A stretch of DNA of 64,000 nucleotides, from NCBI GenBank assembly GCA_963751275.1, contig CAVVTZ010000007.1:768001-832000 (forward strand), read 5' to 3'. The position numbers were made by a program, and so were the translations under genes. Positions 22,991 through 32,272 of the stretch are shown one piece after another. Within the stretch, counting starts at the first letter, position 1. Every line of letters starts with the position of its first letter. The notes beneath the pieces were generated by a model. The model searched no databases. It was not told the origin of the DNA and saw only the letters and a program-made list of their open reading frames with translations. This stretch comes from an uncultured Gemmatimonadaceae bacterium (lineage in GTDB: Bacteria > Gemmatimonadota > Gemmatimonadetes > Gemmatimonadales > Gemmatimonadaceae).

Positions 22991-24317
22991 ATGTTCGGTG
23001 AGCTTTCCGAGAAACTCGACGGGGTCCTTTCCCGCCTCCGCGGGCGGGGCGTGCTGTCCGACGCGGACGTCCGCGAAGGGCTGCGCGAGGTCCGCCGCGT
23101 CCTCCTGGAAGCCGACGTCAGCTTCGCGCTGACCCGCGAGTTCCTCGAGCGCGTCGAACGGCGCGCGACCGGCATCGCCACGCTGAACACGGTGTCGCCG
23201 GGGCAGCACCTGGTGAAGATCGTGCACGACGAGCTCGCCACGATGCTCGGCGAGCGGCGCGAGGCGCTGCGCCTCGGCACCGATCCCGCCGGGGGTGATC
23301 CTCGTGGTGGGGCTGCAGGGCTCGGGCAAGACGACCACCGCCGCGAAGCTCGCGAAGGTGCTGCTGAAGGAAGGGCGGGCGGTGCGGCTCGTCGCGGCGG
23401 ATGTGTATCGCCCTGCGGCGATCGACCAGCTCGAGACGCTCGGCGCCAAGATCAACGTGCCGGTATACGCGGACCGCGAATCGAAGGACGTGATCAAGAT
23501 CGCCCGGCACGGCGTCGAAGCGGCGAAGAAGGCGCGCGACCGGGTGGTGATCATCGATACCGCCGGCCGCCTGCAGATCGATGAAGCGATGATGGACGAA
23601 TTGCGCCGGCTGAAGGAGGCCGTCCACCCGGACGAGATCCTCCTTGTGGCCGACGGCATGACGGGGCAGGACGCGGTGAAGATCGCCCAGGGCTTCAACG
23701 ACGCGCTGGGCGTGACGGGCGTGATCCTCACCAAGATGGACGGCGATGCGCGCGGCGGCGCGGCGCTCTCGATCTACGGGATCACGAAGAAGCCGATCAA
23801 GTACATCGGTGTGGGCGAAGGGCTCGACGCGCTCGAGGAGTTCCACCCCGACCGCATGGCGGGCCGGATCCTGCAGATGGGCGACGTGGTGTCGCTCGTC
23901 GAGAAGGCGCAGGAGGCGTTCGACACCGAGGAGACGAAGAAGCTCGAGAAGAAGGTGCGGCGCGAAGGGATGGATCTGCAGGATTTCCTGCAGTCGCTCA
24001 AGCAGATCCAGCGCATGGGACCGCTCGAAGGCGTGTTGAAGATGCTGCCGGGCGTGAACACGAAGATGCTGAAGCAGGCGAAGATCGATCCGGACCGCAT
24101 GCGCCACATCGAGGCGATCGTGCTCTCGATGACGCCGGCGGAGCGGAAGGACCCGAAGGTGATCGACGGTTCGCGCCGTTTGCGGATCGCGAAGGGGAGC
24201 GGGCGGCCGATGAGCGAGGTGAACCGCCTGCTCGAGCAGTTCCGCGACATGCAGAAGATGATGAAGAAAATGGGGCAGGGACGAATGCCCATGCCGGGGA
24301 TGATGCCTCGTCGATGA
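22991..24317 (+). CDS. ffh: Signal recognition particle protein, +1 frameshift near 23282
   Basis: LLEADV, GLQGSGKTT, DTAGR, TKMDGDARGG, Met-rich M domain. Confidence 0.95.
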
Positions 24318-24442
24318 CGGCAGGGGCGCGTCTAGTAGTTAGCGTGTAGTACGACCAAGCACTACCGGGTGCGACGCCGGAATCGCCGGCTTTCGCGATG
24401 AGCCCGGGGCAGGTTGAGACCTTCAGGCAGCGAGGATACACC

Positions 24443-24751
24443 ATGGTTCGCATCAGACTCCGCCGCGTCGGCCGCAAGAAGACGCCGATCTACCGCATCG
24501 TCATCGCCGACCAGCGCAGCCCGCGCGACGGCCGCTTCATCGAGACGATCGGCCAGTACAATCCCCGCCTCGCCGAAGGGGGCCTCAACATCGAGATCGA
24601 CCGCGCCAACTACTGGCTCGATGTCGGCGCCCAGCCGAGCGACACGGTGCGCTCGCTGCTCCGCCGGGCCGGCGTGCTCAAGACGCGCCACACGGCGCGC
24701 GTCGCGGCCAAGAAGGTCGCGGGCGCGACGCCGGTGAAGGAATCGAGGTAG
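24443..24751 (+). CDS. rpsP: 30S ribosomal protein S16
   Basis: [33 protein letters not shown]. Confidence 0.97.
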   Translation: MVRIRLRRVGRKKTPIYRIVIADQRSPRDGRFIETIGQYNPRLAEGGLNIEIDRANYWLDVGAQPSDTVRSLLRRAGVLKTRHTARVAAKKVAGATPVKESR

Positions 24752-24752
24752 C

Positions 24753-25289
24753 ATGAGCGCGCGCGACGCCCGCGATCTCGTGATCGTCGGGCGGCTGCGC
24801 CGCGCGCACGGCGTGAAGGGCGACATGATCGTCGAAGTGATCACCGACGCGCCGGCCGCGGTCTTCGTGGCCGGCCGTCGTTTTGTCATGGGCACGGACA
24901 AGGGCGATCCCAGCCCAAAGGGCGAGACGCTCACGCTCGCACGCGCCACGGCGCGCTTCAATGGATCATGGCTCCTCGGCTTTTCCGAGGTCCCGGGCCG
25001 CGACGAGACGGCGCGCTGGCGGCTGCACTATCTCCTCGTACCGCGCGGCCAACTCCCCGCTCCGGCCGAAGACGATGTGTACCTGCACGAACTCCCCGGC
25101 ATGCGCGTGGTGCTCGAGAGCGGCGCCGAGCTCGGGCCGGTGAAGGACATCTTCGAACTCCCCGCGGGGCTCGCGCTCGACGTTCAGTGGAAGTCGGGCA
25201 CGGTGCTGCTGCCATATCGTTTCGTGAGCCAGGTGGACCGCGCGGCACGCACGATCGTCGCCGCGCCCCCCGACGGATTGTTCGAATGA
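24753..25289 (+). CDS. rimM: Ribosome maturation factor RimM
   Basis: VGRLRRAHGVKG, YLHELPGM, PPDGL; synteny. Confidence 0.92.
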   Translation: MSARDARDLVIVGRLRRAHGVKGDMIVEVITDAPAAVFVAGRRFVMGTDKGDPSPKGETLTLARATARFNGSWLLGFSEVPGRDETARWRLHYLLVPRGQLPAPAEDDVYLHELPGMRVVLESGAELGPVKDIFELPAGLALDVQWKSGTVLLPYRFVSQVDRAARTIVAAPPDGLFE

Positions 25290-25954
25290 CGCTGCGCATC
25301 AACATCGTCACCATCTTCCCCGAGTTCTTCGCGGGGCCGCTCGGCATCTCGATCCCGTCGCGCGCCGCGGCGGCGGGCGCGGTGGAGTTCCGCGTGATCG
25401 ATCTGCGCGACTTCACCCACGACAAGCACCGCACTGTGGACGACGCCCCCTTCGGCGGCGGCGCGGGCATGGTCATGAAGCCCGATCCATTCTTCGAAGC
25501 GGCGGAATCGCTCGGCGCCCGCGCGCCGATCGTGCTCGTCTCGGCGCGCGGCAAGCAATTCACGCAGCCCGATGCCGTGCGCTTCGCCGCTGGCGAGGAG
25601 CTCACGATCCTCTGCGGCCATTACAAGGACGTGGACCAGCGCGTCGCGGACCATCTCGCCACGGAAGAGATCTCGCTCGGCGATTTCATCCTGAGCGGCG
25701 GCGAACCGGCCGCGCTCGCGATCGTCGACGCCGTCGCGCGCCTCATGCCCGGCGCAATGTCCGACGCCGAGAGCGCGCGCACCGATTCATTCGGCGAACA
25801 CGGCACCGACGGCATCAGCGCCCCCAGCTACACGCGCCCCGCCGACTTCCGCGGCTTCAAGGTGCCCGACGTCCTCCTGTCCGGCGATCATGCGAAGATC
25901 GCCGCCTGGCGCACCGAGCAAGGGCGCCTTCGGACCAAGGATCGTCAGGGATAG
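25286..25954 (+). CDS. trmD: tRNA (guanine37-N1)-methyltransferase
   Basis: TIFPE, VDDAPFGGGAGMVM, SLGDFILSGGE, YTRP, LLSGDH. Confidence 0.96.
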   Translation: MTLRINIVTIFPEFFAGPLGISIPSRAAAAGAVEFRVIDLRDFTHDKHRTVDDAPFGGGAGMVMKPDPFFEAAESLGARAPIVLVSARGKQFTQPDAVRFAAGEELTILCGHYKDVDQRVADHLATEEISLGDFILSGGEPAALAIVDAVARLMPGAMSDAESARTDSFGEHGTDGISAPSYTRPADFRGFKVPDVLLSGDHAKIAAWRTEQGRLRTKDRQG

Positions 25955-25964
25955 AGAGGCCATT

Positions 25965-26191
25965 CCAGTATCACGATAGAGGTTTCGGCCGGATCAACCG
26001 GATGATTCGGATCGATCGGATTGCTCCGCGAAGGGACTGTACGCCCTGAGCGGAGGCCGACACTGTGTTCTTGTTGTTAACAACAAATGCACTCACTTGA
26101 CCGGCCTCGAGGGCATCCGGATGCTCACAGTACGATCCGGCTGATCCGAATCATCCGGTTGATCCGGTCGAAACTTCTATCGTGATGCCGG
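25965..26191. repeat. MITE/REP-like element: about 57-bp inverted arms of 9-bp CGGATnnnn units around a 16-bp palindrome
   Basis: Arms 25965-26021 and about 26135-26191; ttgttgttaacaacaa at 26071-26086. Confidence 0.8.
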
Positions 26192-26323
26192 CCGAGTATC
26201 GCGGAGGGGGGACGTCTGCGGAGCCTTGGGGCCGTTGACTGGCGTAAACCCCATCGCACTACTAGCTTTAACGACTCCCCAAGTCCGACCCTGACCCCGG
26301 CGGAATGCCGCCCGGAGCCTGAT

Positions 26324-26707
26324 ATGCACGTATTTTCCGAGACCGAAAAAGAGTACATGCGGAGCGACATCCCGCCCTTCCGTGCCGGCGACACCGTTCG
26401 CGTGAACGTCCGCGTGAAGGAAGGGGACAAGGAACGTCTCCAGGCCTTCGAAGGCGTCTGCATCGCGCGCCGCGGCGCCGGTGTCAGCGAGACGTTCACC
26501 GTCCGGAAGGTCTCCAACGGCGTCGGCGTCGAGCGCATCTTCCCGGTGCACAGCCCGATGATCGGCAGCCTCACCGTCATGCGCCGTGGCCGCGTGCGCC
26601 GCGCCAAGCTCTTCTTCCTCCGCGAAGCGACCGGCAAGTCGGGCCGCATCCGCGAGAAGAAGGCCCGCCTGATCGCCGAGATCGGCACCAAGGAACCGGC
26701 GGAGTAA
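26324..26707 (+). CDS. rplS: 50S ribosomal protein L19
   Basis: [42 protein letters not shown]. Confidence 0.97.
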   Translation: MHVFSETEKEYMRSDIPPFRAGDTVRVNVRVKEGDKERLQAFEGVCIARRGAGVSETFTVRKVSNGVGVERIFPVHSPMIGSLTVMRRGRVRRAKLFFLREATGKSGRIREKKARLIAEIGTKEPAE

Positions 26708-26769
26708 GTCCCACGTCCCCCCGGCGCTGGTCGGAGATCGAATCGGAACTCCGCCGCACGGGCGGACCG

Positions 26770-27378
26770 TTGATCGCCGGGTTGGACGAAGTCGGACGGG
26801 GCTCCCTCGCGGGCCCCGTCGTCGCATGCGCGATCATCATGCGGCCCGGTGAGCGCGCCATCGCCGGCGTGGACGACTCGAAGCTGCTCACGGCCATCGA
26901 GCGCCGCCGCCTCGCGCAGCTCATTCGCGCCCGCGCACTGTGCATTGCACTCGGCGCCGCCTCCGCGCGCGAGATCGACCGCATCAACATCTACCAGGCC
27001 ACCGCGCTCGCCATGCGCCGCGCGATCCGGCGCCTCACGATGCGGCCGGACCACGTCCTGCTCGATGGCCTCCCGATGCGCGCGCTCGCGATCGAGCACA
27101 CCGCCGTCGTGGGAGGCGACGGACGCTGCTTCCACATCGCGTGCGCGTCGATCATCGCCAAGGTCACGCGCGACCGTCTGCTCACGGCGCTCGCGCAGCG
27201 TCACCCCGCGTACGCTTGGGACCGCAACGCCGGATACGGCACTCCCGAGCACGTGAGCGCCCTGCGCGACGTCGGCTTCACCGCGCACCACCGGCGGTCG
27301 TTCAGTGTGCAGGGTCTCGAGTCGAGTCCCGCGGCACCCCGCCGGCTTGCGGCGGACGCTTCCGCCACGCGTCAGTGA
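26770..27378 (+). CDS. rnhB: Ribonuclease HII; true start probably further upstream
   Basis: AGLDEVGRGSLAGPV, DSK, ASIIAKVTRD, GYGT, HRRSF. Confidence 0.93.
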   Translation: MIAGLDEVGRGSLAGPVVACAIIMRPGERAIAGVDDSKLLTAIERRRLAQLIRARALCIALGAASAREIDRINIYQATALAMRRAIRRLTMRPDHVLLDGLPMRALAIEHTAVVGGDGRCFHIACASIIAKVTRDRLLTALAQRHPAYAWDRNAGYGTPEHVSALRDVGFTAHHRRSFSVQGLESSPAAPRRLAADASATRQ

Positions 27379-27880
27379 GGCATCTCACCGCTGTGTCGCG
27401 GTAGGTCGCCGCACACGCGATCATCGCCTTCGACCACGCGTTCGGCATGCCAGCGTAGTCCGCGCCCCTGATCGCCTTCAGGATCTCGTTGATGCGCCGA
27501 TCGAGATCGTCCCGCTGCGCGGTCAACCCATGAACGTAAGCCGCTGAGTCAGGATCGCTGAGCAGGCTCGGGATGTATTGGTTGACCCCGCTGCACGGTT
27601 GGCCCGGGACCTCGTTGGGATCATCGATCGTGCAGCCGATAAGGTCGATCGAGTTCGCCTGCATCGTGGCGACGAACATCTTTTGGTGGTCGGCCTCGTC
27701 GCGGAGCGAACGCTCTATGCCGCGCGCCGCGTCGAGCGCCTCCGCGGCGCTGTCGATCAGGGCTGCGAACTGGTCGATCGTCGCCGGGCCCCGCTGTTGT
27801 GCGGATACTGCCCCGGCCGTCGCTGCCAGTGCCAACCATACCATCGAAATCGATGGACCAAGCAAGCGGCATCGGCTCAT
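27302..27880 (-). CDS. Hypothetical secreted, Cys-containing protein
   Basis: Open frame with signal-peptide-like N-terminus and GGAGG RBS; no family recognised. Confidence 0.55.
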   Translation of the reverse strand: MSRCRLLGPSISMVWLALAATAGAVSAQQRGPATIDQFAALIDSAAEALDAARGIERSLRDEADHQKMFVATMQANSIDLIGCTIDDPNEVPGQPCSGVNQYIPSLLSDPDSAAYVHGLTAQRDDLDRRINEILKAIRGADYAGMPNAWSKAMIACAATYRDTAVRCLTDAWRKRPPQAGGVPRDSTRDPAH

Positions 27881-28027
27881 TCATCCCTCCTTGGTACGGG
27901 CTCCGCGTGGCCAGCCATCTGAGCTACGGCGGAGTGTCCAGCACCGTTGCGCATCGGTGTGGCGCTTCATGGCGCATGTCGCCAATTTCATCTTCCCCGT
28001 ACGCCTCACTTCTACCCTCGCCGACCA

Positions 28028-30808
28028 ATGCGCGCTCTCCGCCTCGCTGTCTCGCTCTTCATCGCCGCCACGCTGTCAGCGCAGGCCGCCAAGCCCACGG
28101 GTAAGCCTGCCACACCGGCGCCGAAGGCGGTCAGGATCACGAGCGTCGAAGGGATCACGGAGTACCAGCTCCCCAACGGGCTCCGCGTCCTGCTCTTTCC
28201 GGACCAGTCGAAGGCCACGGTGACGGTGAACATCACCTACATGGTGGGCTCGCGCTTCGAAGGCTACGGCGAAACGGGAATGGCGCATCTCCTCGAGCAT
28301 CTCCAATTCAAGGGCACGCCCAAGCACCCGAACATCAACAGCGAGTCCGACAAGCACGGCGCGCGCAACAACGCCAGCACCTGGGACGACCGCACGAACT
28401 ACTTCGAGACGCTCCCCGCCACCACCGAGAATCTCGACTGGGCGCTCGCGTTGGAGGCGGACCGCATGACGAACAGCTACATCGCCGAGAAGGACCGGCG
28501 TTCGGAGATGACGGTGGTGCGCAATGAGTTCGAGGCCGGCGAGAACGATCCCTTCTCGATCCTCCTCGAGCGCACGCTCTCCACCGCGTACCTCTGGCAC
28601 AACTACGGCCACTCCACGATCGGCGCGCGCTCCGATATCGAGAACGCGCCCATCGAGCGGCTGCAGGCGTTCTATCACAAGTACTACCAGCCGGACAACG
28701 CGGTGCTGCTCGTCGCCGGCAAGTTCGATCCCGCCGCCGCGCTCAAGGAGATCGAGAAGACATTCGGCATGATCCCGAGGCCCGTGCGCTCCGAGGCGAG
28801 GGGGAACATTCTCTTCCCCACGTACACGGTGGAGCCCACGCAGGACGGCGAACGCTCGGTCACGCTCCGCCGCGTGGGCGACGTGCAGGCGGTGCTCGCG
28901 GTCTACCACATCCCCGCGCTCTCGCACCCCGACTACGCCGCGATCAACGTGCTCGCCTCCATACTCGGCGACGAACCGTCGGGCCGTCTCTATCAGGCGC
29001 TCGTCGTGACCAAGCTCGCCGCGAGCGCCGGCGCGTTCGACTTCGGCCGCAAGGAACCCGGCACGCTCATCGCCTACGCGCAGGTGCGGCAAGAGAGCTC
29101 GCTCGACTCCGCGCGCCTCGCCCTGCTCCGCACGATCGACAGCGTGGTCACCCATCCGCCCACGGTGCAGGAAGTCGATCGCGCGAAGACGTCGCTCCTC
29201 AAGGGCATCGATCTGCTGCTCAACAACAGCGCGCAGGTCGGCTTGCAGATCAGCGAGTGGCAGGCGGCCGGCGACTGGCGGCTCCTGTTCGTGAATCGCG
29301 ATCGCATCAAGAAGGTGACGCCGGCCGACGTGCAGCGCGTGGCCGCCGCGTACCTCAAGCCGTCGAACGTCACGGTCGGCTTGTTCTATCCCACCGCGAA
29401 GCCCGACCGCGCCGAGATCCCCGGCCCGGTGGACATCGCGGCGCTGGTGCGCGACTACCATGGCGACTCGTCCTTCGTCGCCGGCGAAGCGTTCGACGCC
29501 ACGCCGCAGAACATCGACGCGCGCACGGATTTCACCACGCTCCCGAACGGGATGCGCGTGAGCCTCCTCGCCAAGAAGACCCGCGGTTCGCAGGTGGTGG
29601 GGCGCCTCGTGCTGCGGCTCGGCACGCAGCAGACGCTCACCGGCCGCGCCGAGGCGGGCGACATGGCCGCCGACATGCTCGACCGCGGCACCGCGACGCT
29701 CACGCGCCAGCAGCTCAAGGATAGTCTCGACCGTCTCAAAGCCCGCGTCGGTGTCGGCGGATCCGCGCGGAGCGTGACCTTCACGATCCAGACAGTGTCG
29801 GCGTCGGTGCCCGCGGTGCTCGCGCTCGTGAGCGAGATGGCCCGCCAGCCGCGCTTCGACAGCGTGGAGTTCGAGCAGCTGCGGCAGGAACAGCTGGCCG
29901 ATCTCGAGCAGAACAAGTCCGACCCGGAGGCGCTCGCGAGCACGGCGTTCAACCGCAAACTGCGGCCGAAGCCGGTGGGCGACCCGCTGTACACGCCCAC
30001 CATCGAAGAAGACATCGCGATGACGAAGGGCGTCACGCTCGCGCAGGCGCAGGCGTTCCACACGGAGTTCTACGGCGCCGCCGCGGCGGACCTCGTGCTC
30101 ATCGGCGACATCGACACGGCCGCCGTGCGCAAATGGGCGGCGAGCGACCTCGGGAACTGGAAGTCCGCGACCGCCTGGGTGCGCCTCCCGAATCCGTACG
30201 AGCGCGTCGATTCGTCGTCGCTCTCCATCGAAACGCCCGACAAGGCGAACGCGCTCTTCCTCTCCGGGCTCAACGTGAAGATGAACGACACCGCGTCCGA
30301 TTACGCGGCGCTCCTGATCGGCAACACGATCCTCGGCGGCTCAGAGAGCTCGCGGCTCTGGACGCGGATCCGCGAGCACGACGGATTGAGCTACGGCGTC
30401 GGCTCGCAGCTCGGCATCCCGTCGGCCGACGACGGCGGCACGTGGACCGTGTACGCGATCTACGCCCCGCAGAATGCGGCGCACCTTGCGAGCGATTACC
30501 AGGAGGAGCTGGCGCGCATCCTGAAGGACGGAGTGACCGCCGAGGAACTCGCGACCGCGAAGGCCCGGTTCCTGCAGCTCCGCCAGCAGTCGCGTTCGAA
30601 CGACAACGAGCTGGCCGCGACGCTCGTCGCGCGCCGCGATGTCGGCCGCACGCTCGCGTACGATGCGAAGCTGGAGGCGCAGGTGCAGGCGCTCACCGTG
30701 CAGCAGGTGAACGACGCGCTGCGGGAATACATCGTGCCCGCCGACCTGACCAACGTGAAGGCGGGCGACTTCGCGAAGCCCGCCCCGCCCGCGCCGGCGA
30801 AACCGTAG
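28028..30808 (+). CDS. M16 (pitrilysin/PqqL-like) zinc protease
   Basis: Signal peptide, LPNGL, GMAHLLEHL (HxxEH), second inactive half with IREHDGLSYG. Confidence 0.93.
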   Translation: MRALRLAVSLFIAATLSAQAAKPTGKPATPAPKAVRITSVEGITEYQLPNGLRVLLFPDQSKATVTVNITYMVGSRFEGYGETGMAHLLEHLQFKGTPKHPNINSESDKHGARNNASTWDDRTNYFETLPATTENLDWALALEADRMTNSYIAEKDRRSEMTVVRNEFEAGENDPFSILLERTLSTAYLWHNYGHSTIGARSDIENAPIERLQAFYHKYYQPDNAVLLVAGKFDPAAALKEIEKTFGMIPRPVRSEARGNILFPTYTVEPTQDGERSVTLRRVGDVQAVLAVYHIPALSHPDYAAINVLASILGDEPSGRLYQALVVTKLAASAGAFDFGRKEPGTLIAYAQVRQESSLDSARLALLRTIDSVVTHPPTVQEVDRAKTSLLKGIDLLLNNSAQVGLQISEWQAAGDWRLLFVNRDRIKKVTPADVQRVAAAYLKPSNVTVGLFYPTAKPDRAEIPGPVDIAALVRDYHGDSSFVAGEAFDATPQNIDARTDFTTLPNGMRVSLLAKKTRGSQVVGRLVLRLGTQQTLTGRAEAGDMAADMLDRGTATLTRQQLKDSLDRLKARVGVGGSARSVTFTIQTVSASVPAVLALVSEMARQPRFDSVEFEQLRQEQLADLEQNKSDPEALASTAFNRKLRPKPVGDPLYTPTIEEDIAMTKGVTLAQAQAFHTEFYGAAAADLVLIGDIDTAAVRKWAASDLGNWKSATAWVRLPNPYERVDSSSLSIETPDKANALFLSGLNVKMNDTASDYAALLIGNTILGGSESSRLWTRIREHDGLSYGVGSQLGIPSADDGGTWTVYAIYAPQNAAHLASDYQEELARILKDGVTAEELATAKARFLQLRQQSRSNDNELAATLVARRDVGRTLAYDAKLEAQVQALTVQQVNDALREYIVPADLTNVKAGDFAKPAPPAPAKP

Positions 30809-30814
30809 CGCGCG

Positions 30815-32014
30815 CTACTGCAGCAGGGCCAAAGCCGCCTCGCGGATCGTGCGGAACGCGAGCGGCTTGGGCCCGCCCTCGGATTCGCTCGCGGTGTTGA
30901 AGGCCGCGACGACGCCGGCGCCGGTGGCGGGATCGAAATAGAGGAACGCAAGGAAGCCGGCCTGGCTGCCCGTGTGCCCGATGATGGTGCGCCCGCCGCG
31001 GTGCAGCACGAAGAACGACATCCCCATCCACTCGCGCTGCTCAGTCGTGTCGGCCGAGGTGGGGTAGCGCGGCTTCCACATCTCCTCGAGACTCGCGCGC
31101 GGCAGCACCACATCGTACAACCGGCGCGCCACGCTGTCGCCGCGCGTCGCGTTCGTGAGGTAACCGATGTACGTCGCGAGATCCGTGAGCGGCGCGTTCC
31201 AGCCGCCGTTCGGGATGGTGATGCCCGGATCGAAGTCCGCGCCGTTGTCGCGCACGGTCGTGTGTCCCGCCGAGTCTCGGAGCACCGAGTAATTGTGCGA
31301 GCGGTCCGCGGCGAGATAGTACGGCGTGGCGCCGAACGAGCTCCGCGTGAGCGCCAGCGGTGACAGGATGTTCTTCTGCACGTACGTCTCCCACGGATCG
31401 CCGGAGAGCTGCTCGATGATGCGCGCGAGGTAGATGAATCCGGGATTCGAGTAGCTGAACTGCGAACCCGGTTTGAAGAGCAGCTGCTGGTACGGCATCA
31501 TCGCGACAAGCTGGTTCCATGTTGTGGGCTCGAAGGGCTCCCAGGGCTCGCCGGTCCCATAGGGCCAGGTGGGATTCTGGAAACCCGCCGAGTGCGACAG
31601 GAGCATCCGGATCGTGACGCTGTCCATCGAGCCGTACGGGTCGTGCACGAAGCGCAATTCGGGGATGTAGCTCGTCACGCGGTCATCCAATGAGAGCTTG
31701 CCGCGATCGCGCAGCTGCATGATCGAGATCGCGGTGAGCGTCTTGGTGATCGAGCCGTAATGGAAGAGCGTGCGCTCGGTGACGGGTCTCTTGTTCGAGC
31801 GATCCGCCCAGCCGTGTTCGTGATGCGCGACGATCGCGCCGTTCTTCACGAGCACGATCGCGGAGCCGACGATGCTGTCGTGTGTCACGGCGCTGTCGAA
31901 CGTGCGGGTGAAGGCGCTCCATCCGGCTGGCGCGGAGGCATGCTGCGCTGCGAGCGGCGCGCTGGCCAACAGTGTGGCGAGCGCGATCGGAAGTGCGCGG
32001 TGTGTGCGTGGCAT
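30815..32014 (-). CDS. Serine hydrolase, class C beta-lactamase-like
   Basis: SITK, LLSHSAG, YSN, GHTG. Confidence 0.9.
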   Translation of the reverse strand: MPRTHRALPIALATLLASAPLAAQHASAPAGWSAFTRTFDSAVTHDSIVGSAIVLVKNGAIVAHHEHGWADRSNKRPVTERTLFHYGSITKTLTAISIMQLRDRGKLSLDDRVTSYIPELRFVHDPYGSMDSVTIRMLLSHSAGFQNPTWPYGTGEPWEPFEPTTWNQLVAMMPYQQLLFKPGSQFSYSNPGFIYLARIIEQLSGDPWETYVQKNILSPLALTRSSFGATPYYLAADRSHNYSVLRDSAGHTTVRDNGADFDPGITIPNGGWNAPLTDLATYIGYLTNATRGDSVARRLYDVVLPRASLEEMWKPRYPTSADTTEQREWMGMSFFVLHRGGRTIIGHTGSQAGFLAFLYFDPATGAGVVAAFNTASESEGGPKPLAFRTIREAALALLQ

Positions 32015-32174
32015 GTCCGATTCTACGGAGACGGTGATGCCGCCGCCACCCGCTCCCCGCGCCGCGTGCGCTGGGGGCCTCTCCATCGGGCCTGGGAGCC
32101 CTCCTGGCGGCTGAACGCAGGCGCCCCAAGGAAATGGGGCCTCCGACCGCCGCCTTGAGTGGCATAAACGACGA

Positions 32175-32263
32175 CCCCCCGGCGCGAATGCACCGGGGGG
32201 TCACCATCAAACACTGCAAGAACTCTCCGTCCTTGCTCCCGGCCAACGTGCCCGGGAGCAAGG
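32175..32263 (-). terminator. Two GC-rich hairpins after the FN3 gene
   Basis: gaccccccgg...ccggggggtc and ccttgctcccgg...ccgggagcaagg. Confidence 0.6.
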
Positions 32264-32272
32264 CGTTCGGAG

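Noticed and set aside
32026..32170. Structured ncRNA (for example SRP RNA) upstream of the serine hydrolase
   Set aside because: GC-rich with hairpins, but no recognisable conserved motif
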